Shown here: positions 9,759 to 18,549 of the stretch, one piece after another | Position numbering within the stretch: the stretch's first letter is position 1 | Layout of the letters: each line of letters begins with the position of its first letter | From: Candidatus Poribacteria bacterium | GTDB taxonomy: Bacteria > Poribacteria > WGA-4E > WGA-3G | Assembly: GCA_003635315.1 (NCBI GenBank) | Contig: PYJD01000031.1 | Location: forward strand, 157,958-221,957 | DNA: 64,000 bases | Direction: 5' to 3' | Translations under genes and position numbers: made by a program | Notes under the pieces: model-generated | What the model was told of the DNA's origin: nothing | What the model saw: the letters and a program-made list of their open reading frames with translations, nothing else | Databases searched by the model: none

Positions 9759-10637
9759 ATGAATACACAGAAAAACAACATTACCCATACCGGTAAAGAA
9801 GTTATCATCCCACCTGAAACGTTTGAATTACCTACACACAACTCTGATGGTGATCCTATTCCTGCATTGACACCAGAGCAGATCTATGAATTTGATACAC
9901 ATGGATGGATACTATATCCAGAAGTCATTACAGGCGTTGAACTCAAAGAAATGCAGGAGTTCTCATTTCGGTTACATCACGATGCAGATTCGATCCCTGA
10001 ACATGAAAGGAATACACTTGGTGGTCCTCTTCAGAAATTGATTGACCACCCACTTGTGGTATCTCTACTTAATGAATTCACCGCACACCCCTCTGTTACA
10101 AATTCACACTGTTACGGATATACAGTAGAAAGTACAAATCTGTTTTATAGAACAGAGGGTATGGGAAGATTCGGTCCACATAACGGGAACGGTATGCTTC
10201 GATTTCCTGGAGATGTCCACTACTATAACGCTTTTCCCGGTAAAGGATATAGTCCACATACCCGTATTGTATGGGAACTGAATGAAGTAAAGAAAGGACA
10301 AGGTGGTACGCTACTGGTTACAGGCAGCCATAAATCCGTATACACCGCTCCTGCAGAAATCCAAAACCCAAAATCAGACATCTGGAGTACTTACGGCTGT
10401 CCGCCAGGTTCACTCCTATTTTTTACTGAGGCATTAACGCATAGTGCAACACCTTGGACAAATACTGACAACGATAGAATGGCTATTTTCAACCTGTATA
10501 GTCCAGTTGATAGTGGCTATGCAAGAGTGTACCAACCCCATCCCAAACTTCTCGAATCTATGACAGAGATGAGACGCACTCTCTTTAGAAGTCGCTTTGT
10601 TGTTGACAATAGTGATAACACAAGACAAGATGATTGA
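9759..10637 (+). CDS. PhyH-like / double-stranded beta-helix family protein, paralog 2
   Basis: Paralog of 8817..9746 (LTPEQIYEFDTHGWILYPEVITGVELKEMQEF; GPLQKLIDHPLVVSLLNEF; CPPGSLLFFTE). Confidence 0.35.
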   Translation: MNTQKNNITHTGKEVIIPPETFELPTHNSDGDPIPALTPEQIYEFDTHGWILYPEVITGVELKEMQEFSFRLHHDADSIPEHERNTLGGPLQKLIDHPLVVSLLNEFTAHPSVTNSHCYGYTVESTNLFYRTEGMGRFGPHNGNGMLRFPGDVHYYNAFPGKGYSPHTRIVWELNEVKKGQGGTLLVTGSHKSVYTAPAEIQNPKSDIWSTYGCPPGSLLFFTEALTHSATPWTNTDNDRMAIFNLYSPVDSGYARVYQPHPKLLESMTEMRRTLFRSRFVVDNSDNTRQDD

Positions 10638-10654
10638 ATAGAAAGGAGCAACAT

Positions 10655-12028
10655 TTGCCAAATCAACCTAACATTTTATGGATATATGGAGAAGACTTAT
10701 CACCTGATTTAGGATGTTATAATACACCTGCTGTAAACACACCAAACATTGATAGGATTGCTGATGAAGGCACACGTTTCCCTAACGCCTTTGTAACATG
10801 CCCTGTTTGTTCCCCAAGTAGATCGGCATTAATTACTGGAACCTACCAAACCCATTTTGACGCACATAATCATCGGAGTAATCGAGATAAACCTTTGCGC
10901 GAAGATATGAAATTGATCACGGATTGTTTCCGTGAAGCAGGTTACTTCACATGCAATAGTCCGGGTCCACCATACAATCGTAAAGGAAAAACTGATTTCA
11001 ATTTCCATAGAGATGATCCATTCGACGGAATTGATTGGCGTGAACGTCCTGATGATCAACCCTTTTATGCTCAAATTAACATTCCTGATACACATAGAGT
11101 CTTTAAACCTGATCCTGATCGACCAATAAACCCAGAGGATGTAGAATTACCTCCATATTATCCTGATCATCCACTCATCCGTAAGGATTGGGCACTCTAT
11201 CTTGAAAGTATCCAGATCTTAGATAAGAAGATAGGACGAATCCTCAACCGTTTAGACGAAGAGGGCTTAACTGAAAATACAATACTCTTCTTTATGAGTG
11301 ACCATGGACGCGCCCACATACGTTGTAAGCAATTTCTCTATGATGGTGGTATCCATATTCCATTGATTGTAAGATTTCCCGGACAGGTTCAGGCTGGAGA
11401 AGTTAATGAAAATTTGGTGAGTGGTGTGGACTTCATGCCTACTTCACTTTCTATGGCTGGAATTGATATACCGGATTATGTGCAAGGAGAAGTATTCCTC
11501 GGTGAAAAGGCGACTGAACGTGAAGCAATCTTTGCGGCACGAGACAGATGCGATGGCACCGATGACAGGATAAGATGTGTTCGGACAGACAATTATAAAC
11601 TCATACGAAATTATCATCCTGAACTACCCTATATGCAGTTCAATGGATACAAGAAACTTCAATATCCACTTTGGACATTAATCAATATTCTGAATGAAAA
11701 GGGTGAACTTACACCAGCACAGCAACATTTCTGTCAAGATTCCCGTCCCTATGAAGAGTTATACGATCTACAATCTGATCCTTATGAAACAAAAAATCTA
11801 ATTGATGATGAAAAGTATGCAACAGTTAGAAAGGATCTGATAGGAAAATTGGATACTTGGATTGAATCTACTGGAGATATGGGAGTCACACCTGAATCTG
11901 ATGAAGTTAAAACTTATTGGGATAACCACATGTTGCAAGGTTATAATGACAGAATGGAGGATCGCGGTCTATCACCAGATATCAGTGATACGGACTATGT
12001 GAAATGGTGGGAAAACAAACTCCTGTAG
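10655..12028 (+). CDS. Cys-type sulfatase (arylsulfatase family), no signal peptide
   Basis: Sulfatase signature CPVCSPSRSALITG (C-x-P-x-R); metal-binding region FMSDHG. Start ambiguous: TTG at 10634 or, after an AAGGAG ribosome-binding site, TTG at 10655. Confidence 0.8.
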   Translation: MPNQPNILWIYGEDLSPDLGCYNTPAVNTPNIDRIADEGTRFPNAFVTCPVCSPSRSALITGTYQTHFDAHNHRSNRDKPLREDMKLITDCFREAGYFTCNSPGPPYNRKGKTDFNFHRDDPFDGIDWRERPDDQPFYAQINIPDTHRVFKPDPDRPINPEDVELPPYYPDHPLIRKDWALYLESIQILDKKIGRILNRLDEEGLTENTILFFMSDHGRAHIRCKQFLYDGGIHIPLIVRFPGQVQAGEVNENLVSGVDFMPTSLSMAGIDIPDYVQGEVFLGEKATEREAIFAARDRCDGTDDRIRCVRTDNYKLIRNYHPELPYMQFNGYKKLQYPLWTLINILNEKGELTPAQQHFCQDSRPYEELYDLQSDPYETKNLIDDEKYATVRKDLIGKLDTWIESTGDMGVTPESDEVKTYWDNHMLQGYNDRMEDRGLSPDISDTDYVKWWENKLL

Positions 12029-12034
12029 GATGAT

Positions 12035-12420
12035 ATACCACTACCCTCTTGTAGGTCGGGTTGAGGAACGAAACCCATAGGTGTCAACTTAAGAAAATCA
12101 TTCCATTTTATGAGTGTCTTCAGTCCCATAGGGACGATATGTTTATAGAAAAAATGTCAATACAACATTTTGAGTTCCGTAGGAACGGAATGTATATACC
12201 ACAACCCAATTATAAACATTTCGTTCCTACGGAACTCAAGAAAGTTCAGGATAACGGCTTGCTATAAACATATCGTCCCTACAGGACTAAAGAGGATGAC
12301 ATCAACGTCTGTCTATAAACACTCCGTCCTTACCAAATCAACACCAAATGCGCATTTGGCATTTATCGGGACTGAGGCGGCTTTCTGTATTAGAAAATCC
12401 TTAAGTTGACACCTATAGTG
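12035..12420. mobile_element. MITE-like element of family B. It has a leader-like segment, 19-bp perfect terminal inverted repeats (ATAGGTGTCAACTTAAG) and internal GTCCCnnnGGGAC-GGAATGTTTATAG hairpin units in both orientations.
   Basis: CATAGGTGTCAACTTAAG at 12067 and CTTAAGTTGACACCTATAG at 12402 are reverse complements. The interior carries five hairpin units, and the track ORFs inside are spurious. Confidence 0.65.
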
Positions 12421-12467
12421 AGACAGACAAGAATACCGTAAATATCATTCACTTAACCGTTCCTATG

Positions 12468-13478
12468 TCACCTGCCTGTATATGCCTTTTTGATTTCAGA
12501 CCAACGTACCGATTTCTTACCAATAGGTGAAACTGACAGTGCGTCTTCATGCCAATCCGCCCCACTCCCCTCAGTTAAATGTGTGTATAGGTTTGAGGTA
12601 AGGTCGTATTTATAAATCTGTGTTGGATGATGTGGGTTTCGATCTCTTTCATATTCAAATGCACTGAACAGCACGGATCGTCCCTCATCCATCCAAGCAA
12701 GAGACGTGCAATACCAATTATTCGGGATATCCAATCTCTGCATGCCACCTTCATCTACATCTTGAATGAGATAATTAAAATGTCCTATCCCCATACGATT
12801 GATAACTAAATCATTAATTTTTATCTCTACAGGCATCAATTCTAATTCACAATACAGTATCTTTTTACCATCCGGTGACCAGCGTGGATAGGAATGATAC
12901 CGTACATTTCTTTCAGGATTGGGTTTTGTCCAGGCATGTGGATTGTCTCCGTTCGCATCCATCATCCAAAGGTGTTTGTCAATAAATTGATGGTCATCAT
13001 TGACATATATAATCTGTTTGCCATCTGGTGACCAGTCAAGTTGATTTATATGTGATCTGGATATTTGTCTAACTTCCCCTGTTTCAAGGTCTACCACATA
13101 CTGTGCGGATAGTCTTCGGGTGAAAGCGATTTTCTTTCCATCAGAAGAAAACGCCAAGTCAATAATTCCAAAATCAGTGTCCGAGACCTGTTGAACACCA
13201 GTACCATCAGCATGCATCATATAGACATTCGTGTCCCTTCTTTGGTCTGGTAACGATGGGTTACGAATAAATGCAATCCGTTTCCCATTAGGTGACCAAT
13301 AAGGAATCTTGTCATAATATGGCGTATCGGTAATTTGTCTCATATTCTCACCGTCGTCGTCCATGACATAGATGTTGCTATTCTCGTTTTGGTAGAGACT
13401 AAAGACGATTTTCGCGTTTGAATTTTCTATAAAAAGAACTAATAGACCTACCACCAAGATTGTCCGTAGTGAAGACAT
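12468..13478 (-). CDS. Periplasmic PD40/WD40-like beta-propeller protein (TolB-like)
   Basis: Signal peptide MSSLRTILVVGLLVLF; repeated PD40 motifs (YWSPNGKRIAF, AFSSDGKKIAF, DWSPDGKQIIY, RWSPDGKKILY). The 5' extension to 13805 in the track is an open frame through a repeat, so the start is placed at ATG 13478. Confidence 0.7.
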   Translation of the reverse strand: MSSLRTILVVGLLVLFIENSNAKIVFSLYQNENSNIYVMDDDGENMRQITDTPYYDKIPYWSPNGKRIAFIRNPSLPDQRRDTNVYMMHADGTGVQQVSDTDFGIIDLAFSSDGKKIAFTRRLSAQYVVDLETGEVRQISRSHINQLDWSPDGKQIIYVNDDHQFIDKHLWMMDANGDNPHAWTKPNPERNVRYHSYPRWSPDGKKILYCELELMPVEIKINDLVINRMGIGHFNYLIQDVDEGGMQRLDIPNNWYCTSLAWMDEGRSVLFSAFEYERDRNPHHPTQIYKYDLTSNLYTHLTEGSGADWHEDALSVSPIGKKSVRWSEIKKAYTGR

Positions 13479-13624
13479 CAGATTACTCCTATGGTCTGTT
13501 ATTGGTAGAAATATAGCAATTCGTATGCCAAACCTAATGTGATGGATTGTTATGTTGTTGCACAATTTAGGGCAAATGTAGAGGTTAATGCACTTTATGG
13601 TGCAAGATAATTGTGCGATTTCTA

Positions 13625-13662
13625 TCCCTCTTGTAGGTCGGGTAGAGGAACGAAACCCACCG
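13625..13662. repeat. Solo copy of the family-B leader segment (CCTCTTGTAGGTCGGGTaGAGGAACGAAACCC)
   Basis: Matches 12035..12066 and, reverse-complemented, 58640..58680. A further fragment lies at ~18458..18488. Confidence 0.6.
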
Positions 13663-13983
13663 AATTCCATACGCGGATTCGACGTTGATTTGGTATAAGA
13701 ACTATGACTTTTTTCATAGTTACTATAAAATCTGTAATCAAGCAATTTCTCGAAAACACTTACTATGACAGGCTTTACAGATAAATTATAGACAACTTGT
13801 TTCATAGTTACTATGAAAATTCATAATAATCAAGTATGTTTTTACATATGGGTTAAACCAATACACTATACACGCAAAAAGTTAAAATCAAACTCTTACA
13901 AACCCGTATTAGATATATCCCTTGCATCATTATCCCATCCTATCTATAATAATAGTATCTCAAAGGGAATTCCCAAATAAGAA

Positions 13984-16900
13984 ATGCCTTACGTTAACAT
14001 CAAAACAACCCACAAACCTATTAAGACCTATTATGACGAACTGGATAATTACACCCAACTCGGTGCGAAAAACGAAGGCACTGTCCGTTCCGCATTCCAA
14101 AATCTCCTTCAACACTATTGTGGTAAATGCAATCTAACTCTTCTCTGCGAAAGAACAAAATATATCGCTGAAAATAGACGTATAACACCCGATGGTGAAG
14201 TCGTAGATTCATACGGAATACCACACGGATATTGGGAAGCAAAAGACACACAAGACGACCTACATACAGAAGCAACCAAAAAATTCGCTGCCGGATACCC
14301 ATCCAAAAACATTGTCTTACAATCCCCCACACATGCACTTCTATATCAACACGATGAGTTGGTGCATGATCTTAACCTCACAGATCCAAAAAACCTTGTA
14401 CAAGTCCTTGAATCCTTTTTCGCATATCAAGCAGAAAATATATCTGCATGGCATACAGCAGTCGCAGAATTTAAGGAGATGGTACCTGAATTAGGTAATA
14501 AATTAAAAGAATTAATAGAAAACGAACGTCAGAACAACTCACACTTTCATGATGCATTCTCTAAATTCCATCAACAATGCCAAGCATCGATTAATCCTAA
14601 CCTCTCTATCCCTGCTGTAGAAGAAATGCTCATTCAACACCTGTTAACGGAACGGCTTTTCAGAACTGTCTTCGACAATCCAGACTTCACAAGAAGAAAC
14701 ATAATCGCTCGGGAAATTGAGAATGTCATAGATGTGTTAACAGAACGTTCGCTCAATAGATCCGAATTCCTCCGACCTTTGGAACGTTTTTACACTACCA
14801 TCGAAAAAACTGCTAATACCATAACCGATTTCTCACAGAAACAGAGTTTTTTAAATACGGTTTATGAACAGTTTTTTCAAGGTTTCTCAGTCAAAGTCGC
14901 AGATACACATGGGATTGTCTACACACCACAACCGATAGTCGATTTTATGGTGAAAAGTGTAGAACATATCCTTCAGACAGAATTCGGTCGTTCCATAGCA
15001 GATGAAGGTGTCCATATTATTGACCCATTTGTTGGGACGGGCAATTTCATTGTTCGCATCATGCAGGAACTTGATCCCATTGCATTAGAACGTAAATATA
15101 CTGCAAATCCTCCCGAACTCCAGTGTAATGAGGTAATGCTGCTACCCTATTACATCGCAAATATGAATATAGAACAACAGTTTTACACCAAGACCAACAG
15201 ATATGCATCCTATGAAGGTCTCTGCCTTGTAGATACATTCGAGTTAGCAGAGGATAAACAGATTCCACTATTAGCACCAGCAAACACACAACGTGTAGAA
15301 AAACAGAAGCAGACACCTATGTTTGTTGTAATTGGTAATCCACCTTACAATGTTGGACAAGTCAATGAGAACGATAATAACAAGAATCGTAAGTATGAGA
15401 CTATGGATAAACGGGTCGCAGAAACTTATGTAAAAGATTCAAAAGCAACTCTTAGAAATAAATTATCTGATCCTTACGTAAAAGCAATTCGATGGGCATC
15501 AGATAGGATTGGGAAAGAAGGAATTGTTGCTTTTGTAACTAATAATGGATTTCTGGATGGTATAGCTTTTGATGGTATGCGTAAACATCTCGCTCAAGAT
15601 TTTAATATAATATACCATATTGATTTTAAGGGTAATGCTCGAACCTCTGGAGAACGACGGAGACAAGAAGGGGGTAATATCTTTGATGATCAAATCCGGG
15701 TTGGTATCGGGATTAGTTTTTTTATAAAGAAAGGCAATTCTACTTCTAAATCAACAAAGGTCTTTATTCATACAGTGGATGAATATTTAAAAGCAAATGA
15801 GAAACAGTCATTATTAACTCAATTCACAGATATTTCAGCTGTTTCATTCAATAAGATCAAGATTGATGAAAAGTATACTTGGCTCACGGAGGGATTGCAT
15901 TCAGAGTTTTATGACTACATTCCTATCGGTATCAAATCTTCAAAAAACAATAAAGAACCTAAAAGTACAATTTTTAATATTTATTCCTTAGGAGTAGCTA
16001 CAAATAGGGATTACCTTGCCTATTCTTATAATTTATCCCTATTAGAGGATAAGGTAAAAACATTTATAGAAATCTATAATACATCATTAGATAGAAGAAA
16101 AAGGCAAGATAAAAAACACTCTATAGATGATTCAATAGATACTAATGATCCACGCATTAAATGGACGCGACAAGTTAAGAGATCATTAAATAAAATGGAA
16201 TCAAACAATTTTGAAGTGACCCACATACGTAGAGCATTATATCGTCCGTTTAATAGACAATATCTCTATTTTGATAATTTTTGGAATGAGGAACGATATC
16301 AACAATATAGAATTTATCCTACCAAAGATACAGAATTAGAAAACATGGCAATCTGTGTTAGCGGAATAGGAGGGAAAAAACCGTTCCAAACATTGGCAGT
16401 TGGTATGATACCAGATCTTCATTTCACAGGTGATTCACAATGCTTTCCTTTTTATACATACGACGAGGATGGCTCAAACAGACGAGAAAACATTACGGAT
16501 TGGGCATTAAATGCATTTCAAACTCAATACAAAGACAACAGTATTACCAAATGGGACATCTTCCACTATAATTACGGTCTATTACATCATCCCGAATATC
16601 GTGAGAAATACCAAGCCAACCTAAAACGGGACCTACCACACATCCCTTTCGTTAAAGATTTCTGGGGATTTACAAAGGCAGGGGCACGATTAGCTGAAAT
16701 ACATGTCAACTACGAATCACAACCAGAATACGAATATGTTATACTCATTCAAAACCCCGATGTTCCTCTCAATTGGCGGGTAGAAAAAATGAAACTCTCC
16801 AAAGACAAAACTTCCCTTGTCTATAACAACTTCCTAACAATTGACGGTATACCACTAAAAGCCCTCGACTATCGACTCGGTACACGTTCAGCATTGGAAT

Positions 16901-17079
16901 GGATAATCAACCAATATTGTGTCAAAACAGACAAACGGAGCGGTATCGTCAACGACCCCAACCGTGAAGATGATCCACAATACATCGTCAGGTTAATCCG
17001 TCAAGTCATCACAATCAGTTTAGAGACTGTAGACATTGTAGAAGAATTACCTAAATTAGACATTCTCAATATTGAATAA
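13984..17079 (+). CDS. Type IIL (MmeI-like) single-chain restriction-modification enzyme with endonuclease, N6-adenine methyltransferase and target-recognition domains
   Basis: N-terminal PD-ExK motif D-x9-EAK (DSYGIPHGYWEAKD) as in MmeI. Methyltransferase motif I IIDPFVGTGNF and motif IV VIGNPPYNVGQ. 1031 aa with a large C-terminal target-recognition domain. No separate methyltransferase gene adjacent. Confidence 0.8.
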   Translation: MPYVNIKTTHKPIKTYYDELDNYTQLGAKNEGTVRSAFQNLLQHYCGKCNLTLLCERTKYIAENRRITPDGEVVDSYGIPHGYWEAKDTQDDLHTEATKKFAAGYPSKNIVLQSPTHALLYQHDELVHDLNLTDPKNLVQVLESFFAYQAENISAWHTAVAEFKEMVPELGNKLKELIENERQNNSHFHDAFSKFHQQCQASINPNLSIPAVEEMLIQHLLTERLFRTVFDNPDFTRRNIIAREIENVIDVLTERSLNRSEFLRPLERFYTTIEKTANTITDFSQKQSFLNTVYEQFFQGFSVKVADTHGIVYTPQPIVDFMVKSVEHILQTEFGRSIADEGVHIIDPFVGTGNFIVRIMQELDPIALERKYTANPPELQCNEVMLLPYYIANMNIEQQFYTKTNRYASYEGLCLVDTFELAEDKQIPLLAPANTQRVEKQKQTPMFVVIGNPPYNVGQVNENDNNKNRKYETMDKRVAETYVKDSKATLRNKLSDPYVKAIRWASDRIGKEGIVAFVTNNGFLDGIAFDGMRKHLAQDFNIIYHIDFKGNARTSGERRRQEGGNIFDDQIRVGIGISFFIKKGNSTSKSTKVFIHTVDEYLKANEKQSLLTQFTDISAVSFNKIKIDEKYTWLTEGLHSEFYDYIPIGIKSSKNNKEPKSTIFNIYSLGVATNRDYLAYSYNLSLLEDKVKTFIEIYNTSLDRRKRQDKKHSIDDSIDTNDPRIKWTRQVKRSLNKMESNNFEVTHIRRALYRPFNRQYLYFDNFWNEERYQQYRIYPTKDTELENMAICVSGIGGKKPFQTLAVGMIPDLHFTGDSQCFPFYTYDEDGSNRRENITDWALNAFQTQYKDNSITKWDIFHYNYGLLHHPEYREKYQANLKRDLPHIPFVKDFWGFTKAGARLAEIHVNYESQPEYEYVILIQNPDVPLNWRVEKMKLSKDKTSLVYNNFLTIDGIPLKALDYRLGTRSALEWIINQYCVKTDKRSGIVNDPNREDDPQYIVRLIRQVITISLETVDIVEELPKLDILNIE

Positions 17080-17211
17080 TTAGATGATTCTATATCAATT
17101 CACACTAAAAACAATTACTTACCAAAAACTAATTCTGATTAACTTGACAACATACAACCCAACAATATATAATCAATAGAAGACATTCTTGGATAGGTTA
17201 TAGCACTTTAC

Positions 17212-18105
17212 ATGGCACAATACGATGAAATCGTAAAACATCTGATGGATAGGTTCGCAGGTGATTTCGCAAGCTTATCTTTTGATACACCCGATGTTGA
17301 AGTTATAGAGACACTTGACACAGAACAACAAACAGTAAAAGTACATCGTAACGACATGACATTTAAAGTGTTATGGAATAATGAAACAGTTATACTACAT
17401 ATAGAAGTACAAACCCAAGATAGTAAAGATAAACCGATGCCGCTACGTGTACTCTCGTATGCTGCTGAACTCTTACTACGTTATGAACTTCCAGTCTATT
17501 CAGTCGTACTATATCTAAGTTCAAATGCCGGACAAACCGATCCAGGTGGCTATAGTTACGGAAATGATCAGTTTGGATTACAACATAGATATCAGGTGAT
17601 TCGGTTGGTAGATTTAGAGGGTGAATCATATTTAGAATCAGCATCTGTAGGATTATTGCCATTCACACCATTAATGAGACCACCTTTAAACTTGAACACG
17701 GAAGCATGGTTGCAGAAATGTGTTGAAACAACAGAATCCGCACCTGTTGACCCACAAACGCGGAGCACACTGCTGTATGCGTTAACCACCTTGGGTAGTC
17801 TAAACTATGATCCTAATCTTTTTCAGAAACTAATATCGGAGGAAATGATGCAAGAATCTCCTTTTTACGAAATCATCATGCAGCGCGGCATTGAACGGGG
17901 CATTGTACAAGGTTCACTTCAAGTCTGCATAAAGAACATACTATCTGTTCTTACAGAACGTTTTCCGTCGAGTGATACGACACCCGTAGCAGAAATCCTT
18001 GAATCCATTCAAGACCTTGATCGTTTATCAGAGCTGCTTCGTTTAGCAGTCCAAACATCCAGCGTGGATACATTTCTACAAGAAATAGATACATCGGAAG
18101 AATAA
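17212..18105 (+). CDS. Rpn/YhgA-like PD-(D/E)xK nuclease (recombination-promoting nuclease / transposase_31 family) with DUF4351-like C-terminus
   Basis: Motifs FKVLWNN...ILHIEVQTQDSKD (hiEfQ signature) and a C-terminal helical LLRLAVQTSSVDTFLQEI region; 297 aa. Confidence 0.7.
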   Translation: MAQYDEIVKHLMDRFAGDFASLSFDTPDVEVIETLDTEQQTVKVHRNDMTFKVLWNNETVILHIEVQTQDSKDKPMPLRVLSYAAELLLRYELPVYSVVLYLSSNAGQTDPGGYSYGNDQFGLQHRYQVIRLVDLEGESYLESASVGLLPFTPLMRPPLNLNTEAWLQKCVETTESAPVDPQTRSTLLYALTTLGSLNYDPNLFQKLISEEMMQESPFYEIIMQRGIERGIVQGSLQVCIKNILSVLTERFPSSDTTPVAEILESIQDLDRLSELLRLAVQTSSVDTFLQEIDTSEE

Positions 18106-18187
18106 AAAAACACCAGATTTCCAATGGTGAGATGTTTTTCAATCACGACGAATCCGTCCCAATCCCTCTTCTCCGCGGAATCCGCGT

Positions 18188-18291
18188 AATACCATTTCCA
18201 ATTAAAAAACTCTCTTTTTGTAGCACAAACTTTCAGTTTTTGTCTTCCCTGTTTCATTCCTAACAGTCGGTAATGAGATAATCATAAATAG
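18188..18291 (+). mobile_element. MITE-A copy (terminal inverted repeat ATACCATTTCTAATT / TAGAAATGGTAT; core hairpin CACAAACT-ttc-AGTTTGTG)
   Basis: Nested inverted repeats; partial copies follow at 18296..18350 and 18430..18460. The track ORF 18009..18257 (peptide GRQKLKVCATK) is an artefact of this repeat. Confidence 0.65.
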
Positions 18292-18549
18292 AAATAGGTA
18301 TTCCTAATACCATTTCTACATGAATATGTCACTTCTTGTAGCATAAACTACCAGACCAAATGCTGATTACATATTTTTTTAATAAAATTGAAAATTAAAT
18401 GAAGAAAATAACTATATCTAACAACTAACATTACCAAAAGCTACTTTTTTAGCATAAACTTCGAGAAGGTAGGGAAGGAACGAACCCACCATCCACAGTT
18501 CCACCTTTCCAATCTTCCAATTCCGTACTTTTATGGGAAGTATATAATT

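Noticed and set aside
12035-12066. tRNA-gene 3' fragment / integrase att site (GGTTGAGGAACGAAACCC resembles a T-arm)
   Set aside because: It does not fold into a T-stem-loop (no 5-bp stem around a 7-nt loop) and has no acceptor/CCA context. It recurs as part of the family-B repeat at three other places.
13479-13805. The 109-codon N-terminal extension of the PD40 ORF (track start 13805)
   Set aside because: The extension runs through a family-B repeat and has no signal peptide. An internal ATG at 13478 is followed immediately by a canonical signal peptide (MSSLRTILVVGLLVLF), so the shorter CDS was used.
18009-18257. Track ORFs 18009..18257, 22761..22961 and 28411..28617, which share a conserved peptide (…GRHKLKVCATK…), suggesting a small protein family
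   Set aside because: They lie on the antisense strand of MITE-A copies. The peptide conservation is a by-product of nucleotide conservation of the repeat core, and the frames diverge immediately outside the core.
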